Assembly (NCBI GenBank): GCA_963695555.1
Contig: CAVOGR010000004.1
Coordinates: forward strand, 64,001 to 128,000
Direction: 5' to 3'
Length of the DNA stretch: 64,000 nt
Source: an uncultured Gemmatimonadales bacterium
GTDB lineage: Bacteria; Gemmatimonadota; Gemmatimonadetes; Gemmatimonadales; GWC2-71-9
Below the pieces are notes generated by a model, which was given only the letters and a program-made list of their open reading frames with translations, had not been told where the DNA came from and ran no database searches. How positions within the stretch are numbered: the first letter of the stretch is position 1; every line of letters begins with the position of its first letter. Below are positions 38,498 through 47,247 of the stretch, in pieces. The position numbers were made by a program, and so were the translations under genes.

Positions 38498-38919
38498 TGC
38501 TGAAAGTATCGAGCGGCGGGGACGCGCGCGGCGAGCTCCCCTTCAATGCCGACATAAACGTGACCTCGTTGGTCGATGTCGCCTTCGTGCTCCTCATTAT
38601 CTTCATGATCACGGCGCCCATCATGCAGGGCGGAGTCGATGTCCAGTTGCCCCAGGCGGAGGCGAGGCCACTCACACCCAATCAGGGCATGGTGGTATCG
38701 GTCGATCGCCAGGGGCGCATCTTCATCGACGAGACCGAAGTGACCTACGATGAATTCCGGGTGGCCTTCCGCGGGCTGGTGGAGCGCCGCCAGCCGTCGG
38801 GCATCTACGTCCGCGCCGATCGCCGGGTCCCCTACGGTGACGTCGTCCGGGTCTTGGCGGTGGTTCGGAATTCCGGCATCAAGGACGTCGGCCTCGTGGC
38901 CGAGGAGGAATTCCGATAG
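38497..38919 (+). CDS. tolR: TolR (ExbD/TolR family)
   Basis: ADINVTSLVDVAFVLLIIFMITAP, VRADRRVPYG. Confidence 0.92.
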   Translation: MLKVSSGGDARGELPFNADINVTSLVDVAFVLLIIFMITAPIMQGGVDVQLPQAEARPLTPNQGMVVSVDRQGRIFIDETEVTYDEFRVAFRGLVERRQPSGIYVRADRRVPYGDVVRVLAVVRNSGIKDVGLVAEEEFR

Positions 38920-39617
38920 TGCGTGTGGGGCTCTCGCCGATGGCACATCGGCAGCCAGGCATCGCCGTGGGGGCAGCGGGAACTGTGCTCATTCACCTCG
39001 GTTTCATGCTGTGGCTCTTGCTGGCCGTGACGCCGCAGGTGGAGCTGCCCCCGGTGTATGCCGTGGAGTTGGTGGCGGCTCCCAGACCCGTGCGCCAGGT
39101 ACGGCCGGCGCCCGAGGCCGTCCAGCGCCCCGCCGACCAGCCGGCTCCCGTCGCGCCGACGCCGGAGCCCGCGCCGCCAAAGCCCGAGCCGACCCCGGCG
39201 GCCCCTGTCGCGACGCCCAAGGACCGGGAGCCACCGCCGCGGACCGCCGCCCCGGTGGAGCCGGTCCCGGGTGAGGCCCCGAACACCGGCGTCGACGTCG
39301 CCACGGTCAAGACCCCCGGGCTCGCGTTTCCGTATCCCGAGTATTTGCGGAACATCGTGACCCAGGTGTATCGACGGTGGGACCGGCCGCGGAGCAAATC
39401 GGGGCTCCAAGCGGAAATCTTCTTCCTCATCTCTAGGGACGGAAGCGTGCGTGAAATGCGGTTTATCAACCAGTCCGGCAATTTCTCGTTTGACCTGGGT
39501 GCGCAGGGCGCGATCGAAGCCGCCGGCAACGCAAACGCCTTCGGCCCCCTGCCGGACGGCTTCGAGAACGACGTGTTGCCGGTTAGTTTCTTCTTCACGC
39601 CGAGGCCTGCACAATGA
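38919..39617 (+). CDS. tolA: TolA/TonB-like energy transducer
   Basis: TM segment with conserved His (TVLIHLG), Pro-rich linker, C-terminal domain SGNFSFDLGAQGAIE..FGPLP; alternative start ATG 38940. Confidence 0.8.
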   Translation: MRVGLSPMAHRQPGIAVGAAGTVLIHLGFMLWLLLAVTPQVELPPVYAVELVAAPRPVRQVRPAPEAVQRPADQPAPVAPTPEPAPPKPEPTPAAPVATPKDREPPPRTAAPVEPVPGEAPNTGVDVATVKTPGLAFPYPEYLRNIVTQVYRRWDRPRSKSGLQAEIFFLISRDGSVREMRFINQSGNFSFDLGAQGAIEAAGNANAFGPLPDGFENDVLPVSFFFTPRPAQ

Positions 39618-40894
39618 GGTGGCTTGGCGCGGTCGCGGCGGCCGTGCTGGTGGCGGGCACTGCGTCAGCGCAGGACTCCATTCCACCGGCGGACCAGGGC
39701 GTGCGGGTCGGTATTACCTACACTCCCGGGGTGCGCCCGCGACTCCTGGTGATGCCGGGCACGGGCTTCGATTCGGTCCGTGCCATTCTGAAGCGCGATT
39801 TGGATTACAGCGATCGCTTCGAGATGCTCGTGCTCGAGGACAACGGCTCGGGCTCGGGGGCCGTCAACTACGGGCTCTATGCCGCGCTCGGGGCCCAATA
39901 CGGCGTGGAGGTCTCGGCGGCGGGTGCGGCGATCAAGCTCCGGCTCCATGACTTTACCCGGGCCGAGGTCATCAACGAGCAGGCCTTCGTGTTCTCGGCT
40001 TTCGATTCGCCGGCGTTCCGAATGGAGGCGCACCGTGCCGCGGACGAAGTGGTCCGGTGGGTAACCGGAACACCGGGGATCGCGGCCACGCGCCTCCTGT
40101 ATGTGGGATCCGGCCGCGTGTACCGGGTTGACAGCGACGGCGCGAACATCCAGGCGTTGACGCCCGGCGAGGATCAGGCACTCTCGCCGGTCTGGGCACC
40201 AGACGGCGCCTCCTTCGCCTACACCCGGTTTGACGAGGGTCGGGGGGCAATCCTGATCCGGAACCTCAACGGCGGCGCCCCGATCACGGTGCCATCGACC
40301 TCGACAAACCTCAATTATGCCGCGGCGTTCGCGCCGGATGGAAGAAACCTGGCATTCACCCGATCCGACGAGAGCGGTACGGACATTTTCGTGGCGAACG
40401 TCGCGGACCGGTGCTGCGTCCGGCGCTTGACCGTGGGTCGCTACGCAGATAATCTATCACCGACATATTCGCCCGACGGCAACCGGATCGCCTTCGTCTC
40501 AACGCGCGCCGGCCCGCCGCAGATCTACGTGATGGCGGCCGAAGGGACCGACCAGGAGCTCCTCGCCCCCTTCGACTTTGGGGTGACCGGCTCCTCCAAC
40601 GGCCCCGAGTGGTCTCCCGACGGGGCGAGCGTGGCCTTTCATCGGGAAGTCGACCGGAGTTCCCAGATCTTCGTGCTCGATGTGGCCACCCGGCGTGCGC
40701 GGCAGCTCACTTCCGCCGGGCGCAATACCGACCCCACCTGGGCACCGGATGGTCGCCACCTTACATTTGTATCGGATCGGAGTGGTCAACGGCAGCTGTG
40801 GGTGATTGATACCGAAACGGGACGGGTACGGCAGCTTCATACCCCGACGTTCGCTCGCCTGCCGGCCTGGTCTCGTTGGCTGGTGCAACCGTAG
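39614..40894 (+). CDS. tolB: TolB beta-propeller protein
   Basis: Signal peptide ASA|Q; RDLDYSDRF, HRAADEV, repeated PD40 units (P.WSPDG). Confidence 0.9.
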   Translation: MRWLGAVAAAVLVAGTASAQDSIPPADQGVRVGITYTPGVRPRLLVMPGTGFDSVRAILKRDLDYSDRFEMLVLEDNGSGSGAVNYGLYAALGAQYGVEVSAAGAAIKLRLHDFTRAEVINEQAFVFSAFDSPAFRMEAHRAADEVVRWVTGTPGIAATRLLYVGSGRVYRVDSDGANIQALTPGEDQALSPVWAPDGASFAYTRFDEGRGAILIRNLNGGAPITVPSTSTNLNYAAAFAPDGRNLAFTRSDESGTDIFVANVADRCCVRRLTVGRYADNLSPTYSPDGNRIAFVSTRAGPPQIYVMAAEGTDQELLAPFDFGVTGSSNGPEWSPDGASVAFHREVDRSSQIFVLDVATRRARQLTSAGRNTDPTWAPDGRHLTFVSDRSGQRQLWVIDTETGRVRQLHTPTFARLPAWSRWLVQP

Positions 40895-40931
40895 ATGTAG
40901 TCCCTCATCCATCAAAGTTATGGAGCCCTTC

Positions 40932-41525
40932 ATGAATCGCTCATCGATACTCCTTGCCACTCTCGTGGTGGCCCTTACAGCATGCGGTGGCACGCCTGAG
41001 CCGGAACCGCCGGCCCCCGTGGTGGACAGCATGGCCATCCGAGAGCAAGCGCGGCGCGATTCGATTGAGGCCGCCCGGCTCGCCCGTGAAGCGGCGGAGC
41101 GGGCCCGGCTCGAGGCCGAGCGGCGAGCTCGGGAAGAGGCGGAACGCGCGCGTGCGGCTCTCATGGCCGACCTGAACGCCATGATCAACTTCGACTTCGA
41201 TCGATCGGACATCCGGTCGGTGGACATGGCCAAGCTGGACCGGAAGGCCGCGATCCTCGCCGCCAACCCCGGAGTGCGGCTCCGCATTGCCGGCCATTGC
41301 GACGAGCGCGGTTCGGACGAGTACAATCTCGCGCTGGGCAACCGGCGGGCCTCGTCAGCCAAGCGGTACCTGGTAAACAAGGGGGTCGACGCCTCGCGCA
41401 TCGAGATCGTGTCCTTTGGCGAGGAGCGCCCGCTCGACGCCGGGCACACGGAAAGCGCGTGGGAGCGGAACCGGCGGTCTGAGTTCGAGCTCACGGCCGG
41501 TGGCGCGACGCTGGTAGCGCCGTAG
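40932..41525 (+). CDS. pal: peptidoglycan-associated lipoprotein Pal
   Basis: Lipobox LTA|C; FDFDRSDI, GHCDERGSDEYNLALGNRRA, SFGEERP, NRR. Confidence 0.95.
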   Translation: MNRSSILLATLVVALTACGGTPEPEPPAPVVDSMAIREQARRDSIEAARLAREAAERARLEAERRAREEAERARAALMADLNAMINFDFDRSDIRSVDMAKLDRKAAILAANPGVRLRIAGHCDERGSDEYNLALGNRRASSAKRYLVNKGVDASRIEIVSFGEERPLDAGHTESAWERNRRSEFELTAGGATLVAP

Positions 41526-42301
41526 TGCGTGTTCGCATCGGTGTTCTCGGAATCCTCGCGGCCACGGCCGCTCTGGGCGGCTGTGCGCTCAAGAGCGACG
41601 TGCGCCGCGTGGAAACCGAGGTCGCACTGCTCAAGGCGGAATCCGCCCAACGGGATTCCGCCGCCGCGACGCGATTGGTGGAGCTGATGACCCGGCAGCA
41701 GCAGATGCTCGACTCGTTGGTGGCCCACCAGCGGGCGTTGACCAGTGCCCGGGGCGAGCTGTCCGGCGAGCATTACATCATTCAACAGCTGCTGGTGCAA
41801 GTTCAGGAGTTGACCGGTCAAAGCCAACAGCGGCTGAGCGAGCTGCGGGCCCAACTGGAAAGCGAACGGGCCGCGCCCGCAGTACCGGCGGAGGGTGCGG
41901 CCGGGGTGGACGTGCCCGCGCCCACCGGTCCGTCGGCCGAGCAGATGTATCAGGTCTCGGTGGCGCAACTGAGGCGGGGCAGTCTGGGAACGGCGCGCCT
42001 CGGCTTTCGGCAGTTGATTCAGACCTATCCCCAGGACGAACGGGTTCCCGACGCGCTCTATTTCATTGGCGAGAGCTACTCCGCGCAACCGGATTCTGCC
42101 GCGCAGTACTACACTACGGTTGTACGGGACCACCCACGCTCGCCGCGGGCGTCATCGGCCCTCTACAAGCTCGGATTGCTCGCCGAGCAGCGGCAGGACC
42201 CCGCGGAGGCGGGGGCGTTGTATCGTCGGGTGGTTGATCAGTATCCCACATCCGATGCCGCCTCCCTCGCCCGAGATCGACTCCGCGCACTAGGTCAGTA
42301 G
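41525..42301 (+). CDS. cpoB: CpoB/YbgF tol-pal-associated TPR protein
   Basis: N-terminal coiled coil, C-terminal TPRs (PDALYFIGES, SALYKLG, YPTSDAA); follows pal. Confidence 0.88.
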   Translation: MRVRIGVLGILAATAALGGCALKSDVRRVETEVALLKAESAQRDSAAATRLVELMTRQQQMLDSLVAHQRALTSARGELSGEHYIIQQLLVQVQELTGQSQQRLSELRAQLESERAAPAVPAEGAAGVDVPAPTGPSAEQMYQVSVAQLRRGSLGTARLGFRQLIQTYPQDERVPDALYFIGESYSAQPDSAAQYYTTVVRDHPRSPRASSALYKLGLLAEQRQDPAEAGALYRRVVDQYPTSDAASLARDRLRALGQ

Positions 42302-42328
42302 CCGGTCCACTCCCCACCCTCGTCCGCG

Positions 42329-45300
42329 ATGACCAGCCCCGCAGGCGAGATGCCCTTCCTCGACCACCTCGAGGAGCTCCGCGTCCGCATTTTCAAAGTG
42401 CTGGCGGCGGTGGTCGTTGGTGTGGTTGTGGGGTTTTGGGTGGTGCAGCGGTTCAAGGTCATCGCTATTCTGAAGCAGCCAATCGAGCCCTATCTCCCCT
42501 CGGGAAAGCTGACCGTGCTGAGCCCTACCGAGCCGATACTCATCGTGCTCAAGCTGGCGCTCGTGGTCGGTCTCGTGCTTGCCTCGCCCGTCATCATCTA
42601 CCAAGTATGGGCGTTTCTCTCTCCCGCACTCTACGCTCGCGAGAAGCGGGCCCTCATTCCGGGGCTGGTGGTGGGGTTGTTCCTGTTCCTCGTCGGGGCC
42701 GCGGGCGGGTTCTTGGTGATCGTGCCGGCGGCGTTACGCATTTTGCTGAGTATCGAGCCGGACACGTTGCAGACGATGATCACGTTCGGGTTTTACTTCA
42801 GCTTCGTCACTCAGCTGTCACTGGCCATGGGGGCGTCGTTCGAGCTTCCGCTGCTCCTCATGCTCCTCACCTGGCTTGGCGTGGTGACGCCGGCCAAACT
42901 GCGCCGCTTCCGCCGCTTTGCGCTCGTGCTCGCCGCGCTGTTGGGTGCGCTGCTCACGCCGGCAGACGTCACCTCAATGGTGATCCTCACCAGTATCCTC
43001 GTGGTGCTCTACGAGGTGGGGGTGCTCGGCTCGGTGCTCGTGGCGAAACGTCGGGCGCGCACGACTGGGGGACCAGGTGCCTTGTTGGTGGTTGGCTTGT
43101 TGCTGACCGCGGGCTCGTTGTCCGCGCAAGTGCCGACCAAACCGCCGCTGGTGCGCCCGCCCAAGACTGCGCGGACGCCCACCGATACCGTGACCGGGGC
43201 GCCCTTGCCACAGCCTGGCCAAGCCCTCGATACCGCTAGCGCCCGGCGGGTGGGGCTCCCGACCGGCCCTACCCGGCAATTCGCCCAGCCGGATTCGATG
43301 GTGCAGGCCTTGCTCGCGCGCCCCGGATTCAGGGTGACACGCTATAGCGCCGACACGGCCACCCTCTTCGCAGCTGAGCGGCGCATGCTGCTCGATGGAC
43401 GAGCCCTGACCGAGCGTGAGGGCACGACCCTCGAGGCGGATCACATCCGGTATCGGGACGCCGAGTGCCTACTCGATGCGTCCGGCGATCCTCGGCTGTT
43501 CGACGCGGGAAGCGTGTTGGTGGGGGAAGGGATCGGGTACAACACCTGTACGCGGCGCGGCTTCGTCACGAATGCGTTGACGAGTTTTCCTGAGGGATCC
43601 ACCGTGTGGTTCCTGCGGGGGAACATCGCCCAGGACTCCAGTTCGAGCCGGATCTACGCCGCGTCGAGCGAGATCACGAGCTGTGATCTTCCGGAGCCAC
43701 ACTACCACTTTGCCGCGCGGGAAGTGAAGTGGATCTCGAAGAATGTTCTGGTGGCCCGTCCCGCCGTGCTTTACATCAGCGACGTCCCGGTCCTGTGGCT
43801 CCCATTCGTGTTCCAGGACACCCGGCCGGGGCGACGATCCGGCATTCTCGTTCCGCAATTCGGTCTCAACGATCTGGTCCGGACCTCCGGCGGCTACAGC
43901 CGCCAGGTGACCAACGTCGGATACTACTGGGCACCGAACGACTACATCGACATCACCGGGCGGCTCGACTGGTACTCCGATCGGTATCTCCAGCTGGGCC
44001 TTGCCGGCCGATATCGGTGGCTGAACCGGTTTGCCAACGGGGAGATCGCGTACAGTAATCAGCGGGAGAGCGGCGGCGCGTCGTCGACCAGCATCCGCTG
44101 GCTCCACCAGCAATCGTTCGACCTGACCACGTCGGTGAACTTGAGCTTCAACTACGTCAGCAACACCACCATTACGAGCAGGAACGCCATCGACCCGCTG
44201 CTCAACACCCAGCAGATCACCAGTGCGCTCAATCTGTCCAAGCGCTATCGGTGGGGGACCGTGACGCTCGGCGGCAATCGGCGGCAGAGCCTGTCCGACA
44301 ACAGCACCACCACCCAGTTTCCCGCCATTACGATCTCTCCGAAGCCGTTGGACATCGCGTCTGATATCACGTGGTCGCCGTCGTTGTCGTTCGTCCAGAA
44401 TCGGGCTTCCAATACGCCAGGCGGGACCGTGTTGATTGCCCGAGCGGGCGGCGGGCTGGATTCTCTGACCCTCACCGGATCGAGTCGCACGACGTCCGTC
44501 TCGGTCGCCACACCGTTTCGGATCGGCTCATTCAATTGGCAAAACACCCTAAGCCTGAATGACCGAAAGAACGAGGGACGCATCGTCGAGACCTTCCGAG
44601 TGCCCGATCCGGGCTCGTCCAACCCGGCGGACTCACTCACAGTTAGCCGGGTGACCACGGGAGACTTCGAGACCGGAATCGATTGGACGACCGGCATCAA
44701 TCTGCCCGTCCTCTTGCGGCGGACCTGGAAGTTGCAACCGGTGCTCGGGATCGCGAACACCACCGGCGGTCCCTTCCTGTTGCGGAATCGCCGGACCGGG
44801 GGGGACTTCGTAAGTCAGGGTAAGCGCTTCGCGCTGGTGCTCAACGTGACGCCAACGTTGTTCGGTTTCCTCCCGGGGTTCGGACCGCTCTCCCGCATCC
44901 GGCACAGTATCTCTCCCATCATCTCCTACTCGTACAGCCCAAAGGCCACCATTCCCGAGGACTACGCCCGCGCCATCACCCCGGAGGGACAAGCGCCGCG
45001 GCGGACGAGCGACGCGGCTCAGCGCCTGAGCATCGGATTGTCCCAAAATTTCGAAGGCAAGACCCGCCCGGCCCCGGGAGACACCAGCGACACGCCCGCG
45101 ACTCGGAAACTCCGTCTGCTGAGCATCGCGACGAGCCCCATCGTCTACGACTTCGAGCAGGCCAAGAAGCCTGGCCGGACGGGGTGGGTAACATCGACCC
45201 TCACCAATACGTTCCAAACCGATCTCCTGCCCAGCTTCAGTCTGAGCATGACCCATGACCTGTGGCGTGGAGCGGTCGGAACAGACACGGCCAAATTCGA

Positions 45301-45835
45301 TCCCTTCCTGCAAAACGTGAACATGAGCTTCGCGCTCTCCACCCGGACAGTTCGGTCATTTCTCGGACTGTTCGGGTTAGGCAGCGGAAGCGCAGCCCAG
45401 GAAGGCGACGAGGAGCCGCCGCCCAGCTACCTGGCTCAATCCGGCCGAGGGTTGGGCCGGACCGGAGCCTTCAACACCGATATGCCGGAAGGCGGCGCCC
45501 GGCGGCCCTTCTCGGCGAACGTCAATTTTTCGTTGTCGCGCGTCAGACCGCTTCCGGGAGCGACCTCATCGGTGGCGGATCGCCAGAACCTGGGATTCAG
45601 CACCAGCTTCTCCCCGACGCCGTTCTGGGGGGTTTCGTGGTCGACGCAATACAACATTACCGACAAGAAGTTCGAGTCCCAGATCGTGCGCTTGGAGCGG
45701 GACCTACACGACTGGCGGGCCCGCTTCGAATTCATCCGCAACGCCAACGGCAACTTCGCCTTCTTCTTCTCGATCTACCTCACCAGCCTGCCCGATCTGA
45801 AGTTCGACTACGACCAGCGTACGATCTCGAACTGA
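42329..45835 (+). CDS. tatC: TatC (aa 1-~239) fused in frame, via an internal signal-peptide-like segment, to an LptD-like outer-membrane beta-barrel (aa ~267-1168)
   Basis: TatC motifs MPFLDHLEELR, PTE, YQVWAFLSPALYAREK, FELP, LTPAD, LYE. LptD-type motifs TSCDLPEPHYHF, LYISDVPVLWLPF, RSGILVPQFG, GYYWAPNDY, RDLHDW. No stop codon between the two parts. Confidence 0.85.
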   Translation: MTSPAGEMPFLDHLEELRVRIFKVLAAVVVGVVVGFWVVQRFKVIAILKQPIEPYLPSGKLTVLSPTEPILIVLKLALVVGLVLASPVIIYQVWAFLSPALYAREKRALIPGLVVGLFLFLVGAAGGFLVIVPAALRILLSIEPDTLQTMITFGFYFSFVTQLSLAMGASFELPLLLMLLTWLGVVTPAKLRRFRRFALVLAALLGALLTPADVTSMVILTSILVVLYEVGVLGSVLVAKRRARTTGGPGALLVVGLLLTAGSLSAQVPTKPPLVRPPKTARTPTDTVTGAPLPQPGQALDTASARRVGLPTGPTRQFAQPDSMVQALLARPGFRVTRYSADTATLFAAERRMLLDGRALTEREGTTLEADHIRYRDAECLLDASGDPRLFDAGSVLVGEGIGYNTCTRRGFVTNALTSFPEGSTVWFLRGNIAQDSSSSRIYAASSEITSCDLPEPHYHFAAREVKWISKNVLVARPAVLYISDVPVLWLPFVFQDTRPGRRSGILVPQFGLNDLVRTSGGYSRQVTNVGYYWAPNDYIDITGRLDWYSDRYLQLGLAGRYRWLNRFANGEIAYSNQRESGGASSTSIRWLHQQSFDLTTSVNLSFNYVSNTTITSRNAIDPLLNTQQITSALNLSKRYRWGTVTLGGNRRQSLSDNSTTTQFPAITISPKPLDIASDITWSPSLSFVQNRASNTPGGTVLIARAGGGLDSLTLTGSSRTTSVSVATPFRIGSFNWQNTLSLNDRKNEGRIVETFRVPDPGSSNPADSLTVSRVTTGDFETGIDWTTGINLPVLLRRTWKLQPVLGIANTTGGPFLLRNRRTGGDFVSQGKRFALVLNVTPTLFGFLPGFGPLSRIRHSISPIISYSYSPKATIPEDYARAITPEGQAPRRTSDAAQRLSIGLSQNFEGKTRPAPGDTSDTPATRKLRLLSIATSPIVYDFEQAKKPGRTGWVTSTLTNTFQTDLLPSFSLSMTHDLWRGAVGTDTAKFDPFLQNVNMSFALSTRTVRSFLGLFGLGSGSAAQEGDEEPPPSYLAQSGRGLGRTGAFNTDMPEGGARRPFSANVNFSLSRVRPLPGATSSVADRQNLGFSTSFSPTPFWGVSWSTQYNITDKKFESQIVRLERDLHDWRARFEFIRNANGNFAFFFSIYLTSLPDLKFDYDQRTISN

Positions 45836-45876
45836 TGTCCTCGCCAAGTGACATCCGTTCCCCGGGCTGACTTACG

Positions 45877-45931
45877 CAAGTGCTTGTCCTCAAAGGATCT
45901 ATGGCTCCCGCCGGTCTGGCACGCTCTCTGC
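45877..45931 (+). promoter_or_regulatory. sigma54 (-24/-12) promoter with upstream IHF-like site
   Basis: TGGCACGCTCTCTGC at 45917-45931 (one mismatch to TGGCACG-N4-TTGC); CAAGTGCTTG (CAA-N4-TTG) at 45877-45886. Confidence 0.6.
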
Positions 45932-45967
45932 CATAGGTTTGGATGGACTCCCTCCTCGGAGATACTC

Positions 45968-47101
45968 ATGCGACGCTTGTTGCTCGCCTTGCCCATACTT
46001 CTCGTGATGGCATGTTCGGGAGACGACACCGTCTTCGGTGGCGGCGGCACGGTCGCCGCTCCACAAAACCTCTTCTACGTCGTTGAGCCCAACGGCACTG
46101 GGAATTCTCCAACCGGTATCCTGCTGCGTTGGGACGACGATCCCGACCCCGATCTGGCGGTCTGGCATGTGTATTCCCGGGGGAGCAGCTCGGGCACCTT
46201 CGGGCTCCGTGGCTCCACCACTTCCAATTCATTCCATGATCAGGGCGTGCCGCACCTCGAGTACTACGTGACCGCTGAAGATCTGGACGGATTCGAATCC
46301 GGCCCCAGCAACGTGATCACGGTCGATGAGCGTCTCACGTTGCAGGCACCCAGTTCGCTGTCCAGCACCTCGCTCAATGGCGCCATTGCCCTCACCTGGT
46401 CCGATAACGCGTTTACCTCGGATCCGGCGGGCTTCAGCCAGTACCGCGTGTACAGCGTGGGATACGACCTCGATGCCGGATTGTGCGACCTCGACTGGGC
46501 GCTGGAAGGCACCACGGTCGCACCGGAGTTCGTGGCCGGCGCGCTCCTCAATGGCGCCCCCCGGTGTTTCGGCGTCTCCGCTGTGAGCGTGGAGGGCTGG
46601 GAGAGCCTCTGGTCTCCGATCCGGGACGATACGCCCCGACCCGACGCCAGAAACGTGGTGGTGTGGACCAGTCAAGCTGATGTCACCCAAAGCGGATTCC
46701 GCTTCTGGCGCGACCTGAACCTCGACGGGTTGGCTCAACTGTCCGAACTTGGCCGGATAGGGGCCGGCACCGCGCCGGATATCGACTTCTCATTTGAGCG
46801 GAATCCTTCGGGCCTGGTCTTCTTCCGGCCAGTCAGGCTCGGGACCGGTGTCCTCTCGGTCGGTCAAGTCGCCGATCTGACCAGCATCGACTTCGCGCCC
46901 AATGCCGCATACGGCACGGGCCAGATCGAGGCGCTTCCAGGTAATGGATACATCTTCGAGATGGACGGCGGCGACGGTTTCGCCCGCTACGGTGCCATCC
47001 GCGCGACCCACGTGGGTCAGAATTTCGTGATCCTCGACTGGGCTTTCCAGACCGACCCCGGCAACCCGGAACTCCTGGTTGGGGGTATCGGCGGCGGCTG
47101 A
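45968..47101 (+). CDS. lipoprotein with two fibronectin-III-like domains and an unassigned C-terminal beta domain
   Basis: Lipobox VMA|C; APQNL...LRWD...YYVTAEDLDGFESGPSN and APSSL...LTWS...VSAVSVEGWESLWS FN3 patterns; SD GGAG. Confidence 0.75.
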   Translation: MRRLLLALPILLVMACSGDDTVFGGGGTVAAPQNLFYVVEPNGTGNSPTGILLRWDDDPDPDLAVWHVYSRGSSSGTFGLRGSTTSNSFHDQGVPHLEYYVTAEDLDGFESGPSNVITVDERLTLQAPSSLSSTSLNGAIALTWSDNAFTSDPAGFSQYRVYSVGYDLDAGLCDLDWALEGTTVAPEFVAGALLNGAPRCFGVSAVSVEGWESLWSPIRDDTPRPDARNVVVWTSQADVTQSGFRFWRDLNLDGLAQLSELGRIGAGTAPDIDFSFERNPSGLVFFRPVRLGTGVLSVGQVADLTSIDFAPNAAYGTGQIEALPGNGYIFEMDGGDGFARYGAIRATHVGQNFVILDWAFQTDPGNPELLVGGIGGG

Positions 47102-47247
47102 GTGTAGACACGCACGCCCCAGAACAGAGGCGGTGTGTGGGGGCCAAACTCTCAATTCCAGGCGGACCATAGGGCCGCGGACAGGTAGAGTTGAGAGGCC
47201 CGCGCACCGCCCTTGTTATTGAGCCTCCCTGCCGCCACTTTCGGCGG

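Noticed and set aside
43046..43066. KRRARTT as a true Tat signal
   Set aside because: It lacks the hydrophobic residues after RR of the S/T-RR-x-FLK consensus, so I treat it as a basic n-region.
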